A DNA stretch of 64,000 nucleotides from assembly GCA_038131445.1 (NCBI GenBank), contig JAYPPL010000005.1, forward strand, positions 22,180 to 86,179, in the 5' to 3' direction. This DNA is from Alphaproteobacteria bacterium (GTDB taxonomy: Bacteria > Pseudomonadota > Alphaproteobacteria > UBA6615). A model generated the notes under the pieces. It saw only the letters and a list, made by a program, of their open reading frames with translations, was not told where the DNA came from and searched no databases. The stretch's first letter is position 1, and the number at the start of each line of letters is the position of its first letter. Position numbers and translations under genes: made by a program. This document shows, piece by piece, positions 38,693 through 50,117 of the stretch.

Positions 38693-39295
38693 CTACTCGG
38701 CGGCGTCGCGGGCGTCGTGTTGGCCGGCCTCGAACGTCACACCGATCCCGCGTAGCTTGTCGAGAATGTCGTTTCCGAACTCTGTGGCCAGGCGATCCGC
38801 CTCGATCTGCGGATGGTCGATATCGTTGAAGGCTTCCTCGGAATCGCCGTTGATGAACACTAGGAGATGCGCTGTCTGGTCACTGACGTTCTCGAACCGG
38901 CGGACGACGCGCGGCGGCACAGCGATCATGTCCCACGGGTCGAGGAAGATCTCGTTCTCGCCCTGATCGCCCCACTGAATTTTGAACCGGCCGTCTAGGC
39001 AGAAGAACGTTTCGCGGGTGAACTGATGGGCGTGGAGCAGGGGTCCGTCGCCGGGAGGACACTCGGCGATGATCACACTCATCTTGTCTTCGGTGGTCAC
39101 TGCCGGGGCCTGGGCCATCGGGCCGCCCTGGTTTTCCGGCGACATCAGAAGATACAGCGTCCGCGCGGTCATTGTTTCATAGACTTCCCTTGGGATGCCC
39201 TTGTCGGCGTCATATGCAGCGCTCTGCGGTTTCAGCTGCTTGAAGCGGGCGATGCGGGAGTTCATCTCCCCGGGCGTGAAATTCACAGTTTTCAT
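38693..39295 (-). CDS. cupin domain protein
   Basis: 200 aa. GPLLHAHQFTRETFFCLDGRFKI...DMIAVPPRVVRRFEN matches the two cupin motifs G(x)5HxH...G(x)5PxG-like. ATGA overlap with the upstream VOC gene. Confidence 0.75.
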   Translation of the reverse strand: MKTVNFTPGEMNSRIARFKQLKPQSAAYDADKGIPREVYETMTARTLYLLMSPENQGGPMAQAPAVTTEDKMSVIIAECPPGDGPLLHAHQFTRETFFCLDGRFKIQWGDQGENEIFLDPWDMIAVPPRVVRRFENVSDQTAHLLVFINGDSEEAFNDIDHPQIEADRLATEFGNDILDKLRGIGVTFEAGQHDARDAAE

Positions 39296-39759
39296 AGCTT
39301 CCTCTGTTTTCTTGTTTCTGAGCGATTTGCCGCCCTCACACCATCGGATGGGCCCTTAAGTTCCACGATGTTATCCTCGGGGTCTAGGCAGTAGATACTT
39401 GGGCCCGAGCCCTCTGCGCCGTAGCGGTCACCGGATTCCACAATGGTGACGTTATGGGCAGCCAGATGCGCGCGCAACGCCTCATCGTCGAAGGGCGTGA
39501 TCTGGATCGCGAAATGGTCGAGGTTCCGCCCTTCCTGTCCGGGCGCGACACCACCGCGTTGACCCAGCTTGCCATCAACCGTGATCAGGTCAACGAGGTG
39601 CGCACCGACGCGGATCTGCAACAGGCCTACGGGTTCATTGTGCCGGTCCACCGTGCCGCCGATGACGTCGCAGTAGAACCGGGCCATGGTGTCGTGGTCC
39701 CTACAGCGGATAACAAGATGATCGAGGCCGATCATGTCATATGGCGGTCTGGAATTCAT
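39292..39759 (-). CDS. VOC family protein (glyoxalase/bleomycin-resistance fold)
   Basis: 155 aa. GLDHLVIRCRD...FYCDVIG...LDHFAIQI...SIYCLDPEDNIVEL is the classical VOC pattern. Confidence 0.8.
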   Translation of the reverse strand: MNSRPPYDMIGLDHLVIRCRDHDTMARFYCDVIGGTVDRHNEPVGLLQIRVGAHLVDLITVDGKLGQRGGVAPGQEGRNLDHFAIQITPFDDEALRAHLAAHNVTIVESGDRYGAEGSGPSIYCLDPEDNIVELKGPSDGVRAANRSETRKQRKL

Positions 39760-40396
39760 GGGGGTGTCCTCCGTCCGCGCAAGCGTAGCACGACCACGAA
39801 CCCGCTGTGGCGTTCACTCGATGGAAGTTCTGAATGCAGTTTCTCAAAATGCTCAATGTTGAGTAGGCTGAGGAATTCTTTGGCCGTGACTCTTTCTGTG
39901 AACATCATCTCCTCTGCCTTCGGACCACCCTTGCCGTAGCCGAGGTAGTCGGGCGCGAAGCCTTCCAGGAGGGGGAACTCGCCGGGCTTCAGTGTGCGAT
40001 CGACCTTGCTGTGAATGTCCGCCCGGACGGCGGGATCGCCATCTAAGAACGCTAGTACGATCAGGTCGTACACGCTTGCAGGCGTCTCCCGATCCCGAAA
40101 GTCGACGGTGACCATGGTCATCTCGACATCCCGTGTCGCACTAGTCCACCGGCCTTTTCCGCACCGACGGGTGAGGCATCCACCGTCGTGACGCCCAGCC
40201 CGCGCCGGGCCGGCCAGACACCGTTGCGGCCTTCGCCGTCACCCGGCAGCAAGGCTTTCATACCCGCCGTCAGCAGCCCGGCATTCTCTGCGAGCCACTG
40301 GTTGGGCTCCTCGCCGAAGACATAGCCGGCATCGGTATAGCGCGCGTCCCAGAAGGCGCCGGGGTCCGAACGGTCGGAAGGTGGCTGTTCGTTCAT
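39756..40396 (-). pseudogene. class I SAM-dependent methyltransferase split by a 1-nt frameshift near 40138-40146
   Basis: The N-terminal part (ATG 40396 to TGA 40118) reads FWDARYTDAGYVFGEEPNQWL...LLPGDGEGRNGVW...VTTVDASPVGAEKAG. The C-terminal part (ATG 40121 to 39756) reads VTVDF...YDLIVLAF...LKPGEFPLLEGF...GGP. The -1 frame upstream of 40121 stays open (..SATRDVEMTMVTVDF), so both parts read as one about 210-aa protein if one nt is restored. Confidence 0.7.
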
Positions 40397-40400
40397 CGGA

Positions 40401-41699
40401 TCACTCCGCAGCGGCCGGCGTGTCATCGTACCAGCGAGAAATGTCATCCAGGGCGCGCCGGGCGGTCAATTGCCGCCGTGCAACCTTGCGCTCCTTGCGC
40501 TTCACACTCGACATCGCGCCCTCATCAAGCGGTGGAAACAGGCCGAAATTGACGTTCATGGGCTGGAAGGTCTCATCATCGGCACCGCCCGTGACATGGG
40601 CGAGCAGGGCGCCATGGGCGGTCGTCGCGGGTGGTGCGGCCACGTCCTCGCCGAGACGTTCGGCGGCGGCGAAGCGCCCGCACAGCAGGCCCATTGCTGC
40701 GCTCTCCACATATCCCTCGACGCCGGTGACCTGGCCCGCGAAACGCAGGCGCGGCATCGCCTTCAGCCGCAGCGTACCGTCGAGCAGGCGGGGCGAGTTC
40801 ATGAAGGTGTTGCGGTGGATGCCGCCGAGCCGGACGAACTCCGCGTTCTCCAACCCCGGGATCATCCGGAAGACGTCCTGCTGGACGCCGTAGCGAAGTT
40901 TGGTCTGGAAGCCGACCATGTTGAATAGGGTGCCCAGCGCATTATCCTGGCGCAGCTGGACCACAGCATGGGGGCGTGATCCGTCATGGGCGTTGGTCAG
41001 GCCTACCGGCTTCATAGGCCCAAAGCGCAGGGTCTCGCGCCCGCGCGACGCCATCACCTCGATGGGCAAACAGCCTTCGAAGTAGGGCGTGTCCTTTTCC
41101 CACTCATGGAACTCGACGGTATCGCCACTCAGAAGCGCGTCGATGAACGCCTCGAACTGGGCCGCGTCCAGCGGGCAGTTGATGTAGTCCTTGCCCGTGC
41201 CGCCGGGGCCCGGTTTGTCGTAGCGCGACTGGTACCAGGCCTTGTCCATGTCGATGCTTTCGGCATCTACGATGGGTGCAATAGCATCGAAGAAGGCAAG
41301 GTTTTCCTCGCCCGTCAGGTCGATGATGGCCTGCGATAGTGCCGGCGAGGTGAGGGGGCCCGTTGCCACGATTACGTTGTCCCAGTCTTCTGGCGGCAGG
41401 CCCGCGATCTCGCCACGCTCAATGGCGACGAGGGGATGGTTTTGCAGGGTGGCCGTCACCTTGTTCGCGAAGGCCTCGCGATCCACGGCCAGCGCGCCGC
41501 CGGCCGGCACCTTGTGTGCGTCGGCGGCTTCCATGATGAGCGACCCGAGCGCGCGCATCTCGGCGTGCAGCACGCCGACCGCATTGTTCTCGGCATCGTC
41601 GGAACGGAAGGAGTTGGAACAGACCAGTTCCCCGAGCCGGTCGGTCTGGTGCGCGTCCGTCGCGCGGTCGGGCCGCATCTCGTGCAGGACGACCGGCAC
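40401..41699 (-). CDS. trmFO: methylenetetrahydrofolate--tRNA-(uracil54-C5)-methyltransferase TrmFO; the FAD-binding N-terminus lies upstream of the listed start and lacks a usable start codon
   Basis: [20 protein letters not shown] and the rest of the Gid/TrmFO core are present. The same frame continues upstream of GTG 41699 as [29 protein letters not shown] (dinucleotide-binding GGGLAGSEA), up to an in-frame TAG at 41787-41789 that is itself preceded by ATG-TCC (41790-41795). Confidence 0.93.
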   Translation of the reverse strand: MPVVLHEMRPDRATDAHQTDRLGELVCSNSFRSDDAENNAVGVLHAEMRALGSLIMEAADAHKVPAGGALAVDREAFANKVTATLQNHPLVAIERGEIAGLPPEDWDNVIVATGPLTSPALSQAIIDLTGEENLAFFDAIAPIVDAESIDMDKAWYQSRYDKPGPGGTGKDYINCPLDAAQFEAFIDALLSGDTVEFHEWEKDTPYFEGCLPIEVMASRGRETLRFGPMKPVGLTNAHDGSRPHAVVQLRQDNALGTLFNMVGFQTKLRYGVQQDVFRMIPGLENAEFVRLGGIHRNTFMNSPRLLDGTLRLKAMPRLRFAGQVTGVEGYVESAAMGLLCGRFAAAERLGEDVAAPPATTAHGALLAHVTGGADDETFQPMNVNFGLFPPLDEGAMSSVKRKERKVARRQLTARRALDDISRWYDDTPAAAE

Positions 41700-42074
41700 G
41701 CCCGCGCGTACAAGCTGCCAGGCCGCTTCGCTGCCCGCGAGGCCGCCGCCGATGACATGAACAGGGGTCTCTAAGGTTGATGAACGCTAGGACATAATTT
41801 TGGGGCGTGGCGAAGCAGGAAAATTGATTGAAGGCAATCGTCCAAACTCATTCCCTGATTGCTGAGGACGAGAATCATTTCCAGGTTTACTTTTTGATTT
41901 GCGTAATGGCCTGGTTTGCTCTCCGCTGAGGTCGGCCACCTTCTTCGCCAGCAGATTGAACATAGCGTGATGACTAAGCGGATTATTCGCCTAAAGGACG
42001 AAGCCGGCATGGCTTCTTCAGTTCTGGGAGTATGCCAACGCTTAGCTGCTGTGGAAGCTCGAGGTAGTGGACCG

Positions 42075-44933
42075 TTAGGCCCGCTTCTTAGATTTCTTCG
42101 CCAGCACCGGCAGGTAGGGTGCGAGGAACTGGCCGGTGTAGCTACGCGGCTCGGCGCAGATGTCCTCTGGTGTACCGCAGGCAACTATTTCTCCGCCCTT
42201 TTCGCCGCCTTCGGGGCCGAGGTCGAGAACCCAGTCGGCCGTCTTGATGACTTCAAGGTTGTGTTCGATTACCACGACCGTGTTACCCTGATCGACCAGT
42301 GCGTGGAGCACTTCCATAAGCTTGCGTACGTCGTGGTAGTGCAGACCGGTGGTGGGTTCGTCGAGGATATATAGGGTCTTGCCGGTGGCGCGCCGCGACA
42401 GCTCCTTGGCCAGCTTCACCCGCTGGGCCTCACCCCCCGACAGCGTCGTCGCAGCTTGTCCGACCTGGATGTAGCTGAGGCCGACCCGCTCGAGCGTCTC
42501 CAGCTTGTCGCGGATCGATGGCACGGCCTTGAAAAAGTCGCGACCTTCCTCGACTGTCATGTTGAGCACGTCAGCGATGGACTTGTCGCGAAAGAGGATT
42601 TCCAGCGTCTCGCGGTTGTAGCGCTTGCCGTGACACACGTCGCACTCGACATAGACGTCGGGCAGGAAGTGCATCTCGATCTTGATTACGCCGTCGCCCT
42701 GGCAGGCCTCGCAGCGTCCGCCCTTTACATTGAACGAGAAGCGGCCCGGCTTATAGCCGCGTGCCTTCGATTCCGGCAGGCCGGTGAACCAATCACGGAT
42801 CGGCGTGAACGCGCCGGTGTAGGTCGCCGGGTTCGAGCGCGGCGTCCGGCCGATGGGCGACTGGTCGATGTCGATCACCTTGTCTAGGTGCTGGAAGCCC
42901 TCGATCCTTTCATGGGCGCCCGGGGCCTGGCGCGACGAGTAGATGTGACGTGCTGCGGCGGCATACAGCGTGTCGATCACCAGCGTGGATTTGCCCGAGC
43001 CCGACACGCCAGTGACGCAGGTGAAGGTGCCCAGCGGGATTTCGGCGGTGACGTTCTTCAGGTTGTTCGATGTCGCGCCGACAATCTTGAGCGACCTGCC
43101 CTTCTTGCCCTTGCGGCGTTCGGACGGGACCGGGATCTGCTCCACGCCGGTCAGGTATTTTGCGGTCAGGCTTTTGTTGACCTGCTGCATGACCTTCTTA
43201 GGCGTGCCGTCGGCCACCACCGTACCACCATGCACGCCCGCGCCGGGGCCCATGTCAATCAGGTAGTCGGCGGCTAGGATTGCGTCTTCGTCATGCTCGA
43301 CCACCACCACCGTGTTGCCGAGGTCTCGCAGGCGCTTGAGGGTTTCCAGAAGGCGTGCGTTGTCGCGCTGGTGCAACCCGATAGAGGGCTCGTCCAGCAC
43401 ATAAAGCACGCCCGTAAGGCCGGAACCGATCTGGGAGGCGAGGCGGATACGCTGGCTTTCGCCGCCTGACAACGTTCCGGCGCTTCGGTCCAGCGTCAGA
43501 TATTCCAGCCCCACATCGTTCAGGAACCCCAGCCGCTCATTGATTTCGCGCAGGATGCGTTGGGCGATTTCCTTTTGCTTGTCGGTTAGGTGGTTTTCCA
43601 GATCTACGAACCATGCGCCGGCATTGGCGATGGATAGCTTAGTCGTCTCGGAGATGTGCTTGCCGTTGATCTTCACAGCCAGCGCCTCGGGCTTAAGCCG
43701 CGCGCCGGTGCAGCTCTGGCAAACGGACGTGACCTGGTATTTGGCAATTTCCTCGCGCGCCCAGGAGCTTTCGGTCTCGCGGTAGCGGCGCTCCAGGTTC
43801 ATCACCACGCCCTCGAAGGGTTTAGACGTTTCGTAGGTGCGCAGCCCGTCGTCGTACTTCATCGTGATTGCGGAGCTGCCAGAGCCGAACAGGATTACGT
43901 CCTGTACCGTCTTCGGCAGTTCCGACCATGCATCGGCTGTCGAGACCTTGTGGTGAAGCGCGATCGCGTCGAGGGTCTGGGCGTAGTAGGGGCTCGATGA
44001 ATTGACCCATGGGGCAATGGCTCCGTCGCGCAGGCTCTTCGTGTGGTCCGGCACGACCAGGTCAGGATCGATGACCACCTTGGTCCCTAGGCCGTCACAG
44101 ACCGGGCAGGCGCCGAACGGGTTGTTAAAAGAGAACAGCCGCGGCTCGATCTCCTCAATGGTGAAACCGGAGACGGGGCAGGCGAACTTCGCAGAGAAAA
44201 TCGTCTGCTCGCCGGTATCCGCGTTCTCGGCAAAGGCAAGGCCGTCGGCCAGTTCGAGTGTGGTCTCGATAGAATCCGCCAGTCGGGTCTCAATCCCCTT
44301 GCGGACCACGATGCGGTCCACGACCACAGCGATATCGTGCTTGTAATTCTTGTCCAGCGCCGGCGCGTCCGGTATCTCGTACATTTCCCCATCAATCTTC
44401 ACACGCTGGAAGCCGCGCTTCTGCAGTGCGGCTAGTTCCTTGCGGTACTCTCCCTTGCGCCCGCGCACGATGGGGGCCAGCAGGTAGAGCCGCGTGCCTT
44501 CTTCCATCTCCATCGTGCGGTCCACCATCTGGCTGACCGACTGGGCCTCGATGGGCAGACCGGTCTCAGGCGAGTAAGGAATGCCGATCCGCGCGAACAG
44601 CAGGCGCAGATAGTCGTAAATTTCCGTAACCGTGCCGACCGTGGAGCGCGGGTTGCGGCTGGTTGTCTTCTGCTCGATGGAAATCGCGGGCGAAAGCCCC
44701 TCGATTGCGTCCACATCCGGTTTCTGCATTAGTTCCAGAAATTGGCGCGCATAGGCCGACAGGCTTTCCACGTAGCGGCGCTGGCCCTCGGCGTAGATGG
44801 TATCGAAGGCCAGAGAGGATTTGCCGGAGCCGGAAAGGCCGGTGATCACCACCAGCGAGTCCCGCGGTATCGATACATCCACGTTCTTTAGGTTGTGTTC
44901 GCGCGCACCGCGGACGACGATTTTCTTAAGCAT
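42075..44933 (-). CDS. uvrA: excinuclease ABC subunit A
   Basis: Two ABC modules ([25 protein letters not shown]), zinc-finger cysteines, and [12 protein letters not shown]. Start chosen at ATG 44933 ([17 protein letters not shown]). Confidence 0.97.
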   Translation of the reverse strand: MLKKIVVRGAREHNLKNVDVSIPRDSLVVITGLSGSGKSSLAFDTIYAEGQRRYVESLSAYARQFLELMQKPDVDAIEGLSPAISIEQKTTSRNPRSTVGTVTEIYDYLRLLFARIGIPYSPETGLPIEAQSVSQMVDRTMEMEEGTRLYLLAPIVRGRKGEYRKELAALQKRGFQRVKIDGEMYEIPDAPALDKNYKHDIAVVVDRIVVRKGIETRLADSIETTLELADGLAFAENADTGEQTIFSAKFACPVSGFTIEEIEPRLFSFNNPFGACPVCDGLGTKVVIDPDLVVPDHTKSLRDGAIAPWVNSSSPYYAQTLDAIALHHKVSTADAWSELPKTVQDVILFGSGSSAITMKYDDGLRTYETSKPFEGVVMNLERRYRETESSWAREEIAKYQVTSVCQSCTGARLKPEALAVKINGKHISETTKLSIANAGAWFVDLENHLTDKQKEIAQRILREINERLGFLNDVGLEYLTLDRSAGTLSGGESQRIRLASQIGSGLTGVLYVLDEPSIGLHQRDNARLLETLKRLRDLGNTVVVVEHDEDAILAADYLIDMGPGAGVHGGTVVADGTPKKVMQQVNKSLTAKYLTGVEQIPVPSERRKGKKGRSLKIVGATSNNLKNVTAEIPLGTFTCVTGVSGSGKSTLVIDTLYAAAARHIYSSRQAPGAHERIEGFQHLDKVIDIDQSPIGRTPRSNPATYTGAFTPIRDWFTGLPESKARGYKPGRFSFNVKGGRCEACQGDGVIKIEMHFLPDVYVECDVCHGKRYNRETLEILFRDKSIADVLNMTVEEGRDFFKAVPSIRDKLETLERVGLSYIQVGQAATTLSGGEAQRVKLAKELSRRATGKTLYILDEPTTGLHYHDVRKLMEVLHALVDQGNTVVVIEHNLEVIKTADWVLDLGPEGGEKGGEIVACGTPEDICAEPRSYTGQFLAPYLPVLAKKSKKRA

Positions 44934-45042
44934 CGGGGCCTTAACGACAGGGGCCGGGGCGGTGAAACCGCGCAAAAATTAGCGCCCGTAACATGGCGAT
45001 GATTTAACGAAAAGGCCAGTGGCCCTGTGTGGCTTGAGTTGA

Positions 45043-45057
45043 GAACATAACGTGAAT
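45043..45057. promoter_or_regulatory. candidate alphaproteobacterial LexA (SOS) box GAAC-N7-GAAT in the uvrA/ssb divergent promoter region
   Basis: GAACataacgtGAAT has one mismatch to the GAAC-N7-GAAC direct repeat used by alphaproteobacterial LexA. It lies between the divergent uvrA (start 44933) and ssb (start 45204), both classical SOS genes. Confidence 0.4.
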
Positions 45058-45203
45058 ATCATGGGGATAACTCCGCGTCCATCCGGCTTGTGAGGGTGAA
45101 GGCCACATGTCAGTGTGACTGCGTATTTGCGCATCGATTCGCGATGTCTGGGCCCCCGAATCAAGCGCTTGTAGATCGGATCGAACCCGCCGGGAGCACT
45201 CAC

Positions 45204-45680
45204 ATGTCAGGCAGCGTCAACAAGGTCATTCTCGTCGGAAATCTGGGACGAGATCCAGAAATCCGCGCCATGCAGTCGGGCGACAAGGTGTGCAACCTGT
45301 CGGTGGCCACGTCCGAGCGCTGGCGCGACCGCAACACCGGCGATATGAACGAAAAGACCGAGTGGCATCGCGTCGTCGTCTTCGACCAAAAGTTGATCGA
45401 AGTGGCTGAGAAGTACCTGAACAAGGGCTCGAAGATTTTCATCGAGGGCCAGCTGCAGACGCGGAAGTGGACTGACCAGTCCGGCCAGGAAAAGTACACG
45501 ACCGAAGTCGTTCTCCAGCGCTTCCGCGGTGAAATGGTGATGCTGGATACGCGTGGCGGCGGGCAGGGCGGCGGATACGATTCCGCTCCTGACTATAGCG
45601 GTGGACAGCCCGCCATGGCGGCCGGTGGCGGTGGCGGCATGGGCGGCGGCGACGATCTGGACGACGAAATCCCGTTCTAG
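45204..45680 (+). CDS. ssb: single-stranded DNA-binding protein
   Basis: [21 protein letters not shown]-fold N-terminus, Gly-rich linker, and canonical acidic tip DDEIPF. Start at ATG 45204. Confidence 0.95.
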   Translation: MSGSVNKVILVGNLGRDPEIRAMQSGDKVCNLSVATSERWRDRNTGDMNEKTEWHRVVVFDQKLIEVAEKYLNKGSKIFIEGQLQTRKWTDQSGQEKYTTEVVLQRFRGEMVMLDTRGGGQGGGYDSAPDYSGGQPAMAAGGGGGMGGGDDLDDEIPF

Positions 45681-45962
45681 AGCGTTTCCTCGCGACCCAT
45701 TGCTCGCACCTGGCCGGCAGCCGCATTTCCTGATGCTGATCGCCACCGGGCTGCTGTATGCTTGATCGGTATGGATGTGAATGACGAAGTGAAATGGGAA
45801 AACCCAAAAACTAATTTAAATCAACATTTTATAGGTCTTCTAAATCCCTTCCATACCTTGCCCGAATCCGCCCGGTCGGGTAAATTTAGCTGATGAACTC
45901 CTCAGATCTCGCGCGAGCAACTCTTAGTGTAAAAACGCGCGGCAACCGGTTGAAAATAAAAG

Positions 45963-48779
45963 ATGAGTGATCAGTCGGTAGAGGTGCCACCGGGCGGATT
46001 CGATATCGAGCCGGTGACCATCGAGGAGGAGATGCGCTCCTCCTATCTCGATTATGCAATGAGCGTGATCGTTAGCCGCGCGCTGCCGGATGTGCGCGAC
46101 GGCCTCAAGCCGGTGCACCGGCGCATCCTCTATTCGATGAAGGAGTCCGGTTTCGAGTGGAACCGGCCTTATCGCAAGTCAGCCCGTATCGTCGGCGACG
46201 TTATGGGTAAGTATCACCCCCATGGTGACTCTGCGATCTACGACGCCATGGTGCGCATGGCGCAGGATTTCTCTATGCGCCTGGAACTGGTGGACGGGCA
46301 GGGCAATTTCGGATCCATGGATGGCGATCCCGCGGCGGCTATGCGCTATACAGAGGCCCGCATGTCCAAGGCGGCGCATGCGCTGCTGGAGGACATCGAT
46401 CGGGACACCGTCGATTTCCAGCCGAACTACGACGAAAGTGTCACTGAGCCTGTTGTGTTGCCGGCGCAGTACCCAAACCTGCTGGTCAACGGCGCGGGTG
46501 GCATCGCCGTCGGCATGGCTACGAACATTCCGCCCCACAACCTGGGAGAGGTGATCGACGCCTGCTGCGCCTATATCGACAATCCGGACGTCAGCATCGA
46601 CGAAATCCTCGAAATCATGCCGGGACCGGACTTTCCGACCGGCGCGACCATCGTCGGCACCAGCGGCATCCGCGCGGCGTTCCACACGGGTCGTGGCTCG
46701 GTCATGATCCGCGCTAAGACCGAGTTTGAGGAGGTCCGCGCCGGGCGTAACGCGATCATCGTCAACGAGATTCCCTATCAGGTGAACAAGTCGCGGATGA
46801 TCGAGCGGATCGCTGAGGTCGCGCACGATAAGGTCATTGAGGGCATTTCCGACCTGCGTGACGAAAGCGACCGCCACGGTGTGCGAGTGGTAATCGAACT
46901 CAAGCGCGATGTGGAGCCAGAAGTCGTACTCAACCAGCTCTACCGCTACACGCCGCTGCAAACGTCCTTCGGTGTAAACATGCTAGCGTTGAACAGGGGT
47001 CGGCCCGAACTCCTCAACGTCAAGGACATCATCACCGCCTTCGTGGCCTTCCGCGAAGAGGTCATCACCCGTCGCACGATCTATGAGCTGGGCCGCGCGC
47101 GTGACCGGGCCCATACCCTAGTTGGCTTGGCTATCGCGGTTGCCAACCTGGATCCGGTAATAGAGCTTATCCGCGCCGCGAAGGACGCGAGCGAGGCGCG
47201 CACACAGTTGTGCGCTAAGCGCTGGCCGGCGATGGATGTGACACCACTGATCGACCTAATTGACGAGCCGGGGCGGGGCGTCGATGAAGACGGTACCTAC
47301 GAGCTTTCCGAAGAGCAGGCGAAGGCGATCCTGGAACTACGTCTGCACCGCCTGACGGGTCTGGAGCGCGACAAGATCGCCAAGGACCTCGAAGAGATCG
47401 TGGACCGCATCCGCGAGTACCTCACCATCCTCGAAAGCCATGACAAGCTCTACAGCGTCCTACGTGATGAGCTGGTTGCGATGAAGGAGGAGTTCGCGAA
47501 CCCTCGCCGGACGGAGATCGTCGAGGGCGAGTTTGAACAGGACATCGAGGACCTGATCCAGCGCGAGGACATGGTCGTCACTGTTACCCACAACGGCTAC
47601 ATCCAGCGCGTGCCGCTCTCGACCTATCGGGCGCAACGGCGCGGCGGCAAGGGCCGAGCGGGCATGAAGGCGCGTGATGAGGATTTTGTCAGCTCAGTCT
47701 TCGTGCTGAACACCCATACGCCGGTACTGTTCTTCTCGTCGCGCGGCATGGTCTACAAGGAAAAGGTCTATCGTCTTCCCGTCGGCACCCCCCAGGGACG
47801 AGGCAAGGCGCTTGTGAACCTGCTGCCGCTGGAAGAGGGCGAGTACATCACCACGCTGATGCCCCTGCCGGAGGACGAAAGCGAGGCCAAAAACCTGTTC
47901 GTTATGTTCGCCACGGCGTCCGGCAATGTCCGCCGGAACTCGCTGGCGGATTTCGTGCAGGTGAAGTCCAACGGCAAGATCGCCATGAAGCTGGACAACG
48001 GCGACCGGCTAATAGGTGTGCAGACTTGTGAGGATACGGACCATATCCTTCTTGCCACGGCGGGCGCCAAGTCGATCCGCTTCGAGGTCTCGGATGTACG
48101 CGTCTTTTCGGGCCGCAACTCAACCGGCGTGCGCGGCATCCGGCTGGCGACCGACGACGAGGTAATTTCCATGTCGATCCTTGGTCATGCGGAGTTCTCG
48201 GTTGCCGAGCGGATCGCCTACCTTAAGCGCAGCCGCGCCGAGCGTGCCGATCTAGATGAGCCCAACAGTGGCCACGATGCGTCTGACGAAATCTCCGAAG
48301 AAGAGGTGGAACTGACCGACGAGCGTTACGAGGAGTTGGCGGCCCAGGAGCAGTTCATCCTCACCGTGACCGCCAACGGCTTCGGTAAGCGCACGTCGGC
48401 TTACGAGTACCGCATCACCAAACGCGGCGGGCAGGGGGTTGTGAACATTGTGCTGGCGGATGTGCTGGAAAACGGTGTGGTCGCGTCCTTCCCAGTGGAA
48501 GACGACACCCAGCTTGTGATGATGACCAATGGTGGCCAGTTGATCCGCACCGGTGTCGATGAAGTGCGTATCGCCGGACGTTCGACACGCGGCGTGACCC
48601 TGTTCCGGGTCGGTGACGATGAACGGGTTGTGACAGTGACCCATTTACGCGACGATGGGGACGAAGTGGACGGTGAGGCCCGTGAGGGCGGGGCTGACGT
48701 ATCCAAAGACGTCGACACAGACGGTAACGCGACACCGCAAGACGAACCTGGCACGTCGGCGGAGACAGCGCATGACTAA
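45963..48779 (+). CDS. gyrA: DNA gyrase subunit A
   Basis: 938 aa. [28 protein letters not shown], the active-site region AAMRYTE, C-terminal beta-pinwheel repeats, and an acidic tail. Confidence 0.98.
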   Translation: MSDQSVEVPPGGFDIEPVTIEEEMRSSYLDYAMSVIVSRALPDVRDGLKPVHRRILYSMKESGFEWNRPYRKSARIVGDVMGKYHPHGDSAIYDAMVRMAQDFSMRLELVDGQGNFGSMDGDPAAAMRYTEARMSKAAHALLEDIDRDTVDFQPNYDESVTEPVVLPAQYPNLLVNGAGGIAVGMATNIPPHNLGEVIDACCAYIDNPDVSIDEILEIMPGPDFPTGATIVGTSGIRAAFHTGRGSVMIRAKTEFEEVRAGRNAIIVNEIPYQVNKSRMIERIAEVAHDKVIEGISDLRDESDRHGVRVVIELKRDVEPEVVLNQLYRYTPLQTSFGVNMLALNRGRPELLNVKDIITAFVAFREEVITRRTIYELGRARDRAHTLVGLAIAVANLDPVIELIRAAKDASEARTQLCAKRWPAMDVTPLIDLIDEPGRGVDEDGTYELSEEQAKAILELRLHRLTGLERDKIAKDLEEIVDRIREYLTILESHDKLYSVLRDELVAMKEEFANPRRTEIVEGEFEQDIEDLIQREDMVVTVTHNGYIQRVPLSTYRAQRRGGKGRAGMKARDEDFVSSVFVLNTHTPVLFFSSRGMVYKEKVYRLPVGTPQGRGKALVNLLPLEEGEYITTLMPLPEDESEAKNLFVMFATASGNVRRNSLADFVQVKSNGKIAMKLDNGDRLIGVQTCEDTDHILLATAGAKSIRFEVSDVRVFSGRNSTGVRGIRLATDDEVISMSILGHAEFSVAERIAYLKRSRAERADLDEPNSGHDASDEISEEEVELTDERYEELAAQEQFILTVTANGFGKRTSAYEYRITKRGGQGVVNIVLADVLENGVVASFPVEDDTQLVMMTNGGQLIRTGVDEVRIAGRSTRGVTLFRVGDDERVVTVTHLRDDGDEVDGEAREGGADVSKDVDTDGNATPQDEPGTSAETAHD

Positions 48780-49302
48780 GAATGAGCGGGTCGGTGTCTA
48801 TCCCGGCACCTTTGATCCCATCACCAACGGACATATGGATGTTATCCGGCGCGGGGCACGGATCCTCGACCGGCTTGTCATTGGCGTTGCCGTCAATGCA
48901 GGTAAGGGGCCTCTATTCTCGCTCGACGAACGGGTGGAGATGGTTCGCGATGAAGTCGCCACTATAATCGATCCCAAGATTGGGGTGATCGAGGTCAAGC
49001 CGTTCAACTCCCTGCTCATGAATTTTGCCGAGTCGGAGAATGCACAGTGCATTCTGCGCGGTCTTCGTGCGGTGTCGGACTTCGACTATGAATTCCAGAT
49101 GGCAGGTATGAACGCCCGCCTCAATCCTGACATAGAAATCGTGTTCCTGATGGCGTCGGAACGGCACCAGTTCATCGCCTCGCGGCTCGTGAAGGAAATC
49201 GCGGCGCTCGGCGGGGACATAAATAGTTTCGTTTCGCCAGCCATTGCACGGCGTGTAAACGACCGCTATGGGCGGCTCGACCTTCAGGCCGTCAACGAAT
49301 AG
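48772..49302 (+). CDS. coaD: pantetheine-phosphate adenylyltransferase
   Basis: [17 protein letters not shown] (T/HxGH nucleotidyltransferase motif). ATG 48772 overlaps the gyrA stop. Confidence 0.93.
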   Translation: MTKNERVGVYPGTFDPITNGHMDVIRRGARILDRLVIGVAVNAGKGPLFSLDERVEMVRDEVATIIDPKIGVIEVKPFNSLLMNFAESENAQCILRGLRAVSDFDYEFQMAGMNARLNPDIEIVFLMASERHQFIASRLVKEIAALGGDINSFVSPAIARRVNDRYGRLDLQAVNE

Positions 49303-49309
49303 GTTTCCC

Positions 49310-49903
49310 ATGCAACGACGAATTTTTTTGTGCGCGCTCGCATTTGCGGCGGGCATTTTCACCTTTTCGGGCCAGATTGGCCTCGGTTTGAACTCCGCAC
49401 AGGCCCAGAACGCAAAACAGGAGCGAGACTTGGAAAACACCCTCTACCTCGACCTCAAGGACGGCCGCGTGACGATCGAGCTGCGACCTGACCTCGCACC
49501 AAACCATGTCGCTCGGATCAAGGAACTGACCCGTGAGGGCTTCTACGACGGCGTGGTGTTCCACCGCGTGATCGACGGGTTCATGGCGCAAACTGGCGAT
49601 CCGACGGGCACCGGCCGCGGCGGATCCGACAAGCCGGACCTCGCGGCGGAGTTTTCAGACGCCAATCATGGCCGGGGCGTCGTGTCCATGGCTCGCGCTC
49701 AGAACCCTGACAGCGCCAACAGCCAATTCTTCATCGTTTTCAGCGACGCCAGCTTCCTTGACGGGCAGTACACTGTCTGGGGCCAGGTCGTGGACGGAAT
49801 GGAGCATGTCGATGCAATCAAACGCGGCAGCCAAGCTGCCAATGGTGCGGTGGACGATCCAGACAAGATAATAAAGATGCAGGTGGCCGCCGACGCACGG
49901 TAA
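49310..49903 (+). CDS. periplasmic peptidyl-prolyl cis-trans isomerase (cyclophilin type)
   Basis: Signal peptide followed by FYDGVVFHRVIDGFMAQTGDPTGTGRGGS and NSQFFI cyclophilin motifs. Start at ATG 49310. Confidence 0.9.
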   Translation: MQRRIFLCALAFAAGIFTFSGQIGLGLNSAQAQNAKQERDLENTLYLDLKDGRVTIELRPDLAPNHVARIKELTREGFYDGVVFHRVIDGFMAQTGDPTGTGRGGSDKPDLAAEFSDANHGRGVVSMARAQNPDSANSQFFIVFSDASFLDGQYTVWGQVVDGMEHVDAIKRGSQAANGAVDDPDKIIKMQVAADAR

Positions 49904-50009
49904 CCGTCTGGTGGCGGCGTATGCCGAATGCATGCGCCGTTGACCCGGCCCGCCCGGTTTTAATAATGTCCTGCCGTGCACCTGACGCGTGTTTCCGGCA
50001 CGCTCGAGT

Positions 50010-50085
50010 GGGCCCGTAGCTCAGCTGGTAGAGCAACTGACTTTTAATCAGTAGGTCTCAGGTTCGAACCCTGACGGGCTCACCA
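50010..50085 (+). tRNA. tRNA-Lys (anticodon TTT)
   Basis: GGGCCCGTAGCTCAGCTGGTAGAGCAACTGACTTTTAATCAGTAGGTCTCAGGTTCGAACCCTGACGGGCTCACCA. Folds as a cloverleaf with anticodon loop CTTTTAA and an encoded CCA. Confidence 0.95.
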
Positions 50086-50117
50086 ATCTTTCGCGACAGT
50101 GGGAGAGGGTGATGTTC

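Noticed and set aside
41771-42184. 137-aa minus-strand ORF in the uvrA-trmFO spacer
   Set aside because: It overlaps the uvrA 3' end out of frame, has no SD, and has an implausible Arg/Pro/Ser/Cys-rich composition. The spacer is treated as non-coding; it contains a weak hairpin gaagcc-ggcat-ggcttc at 42000-42016.
45183-45197. Second GAAC-N7-GAGC match just upstream of ssb
   Set aside because: It overlaps the ssb SD (GGGAG) and has a mismatch in the core tetranucleotide. It is more likely chance than an operator.
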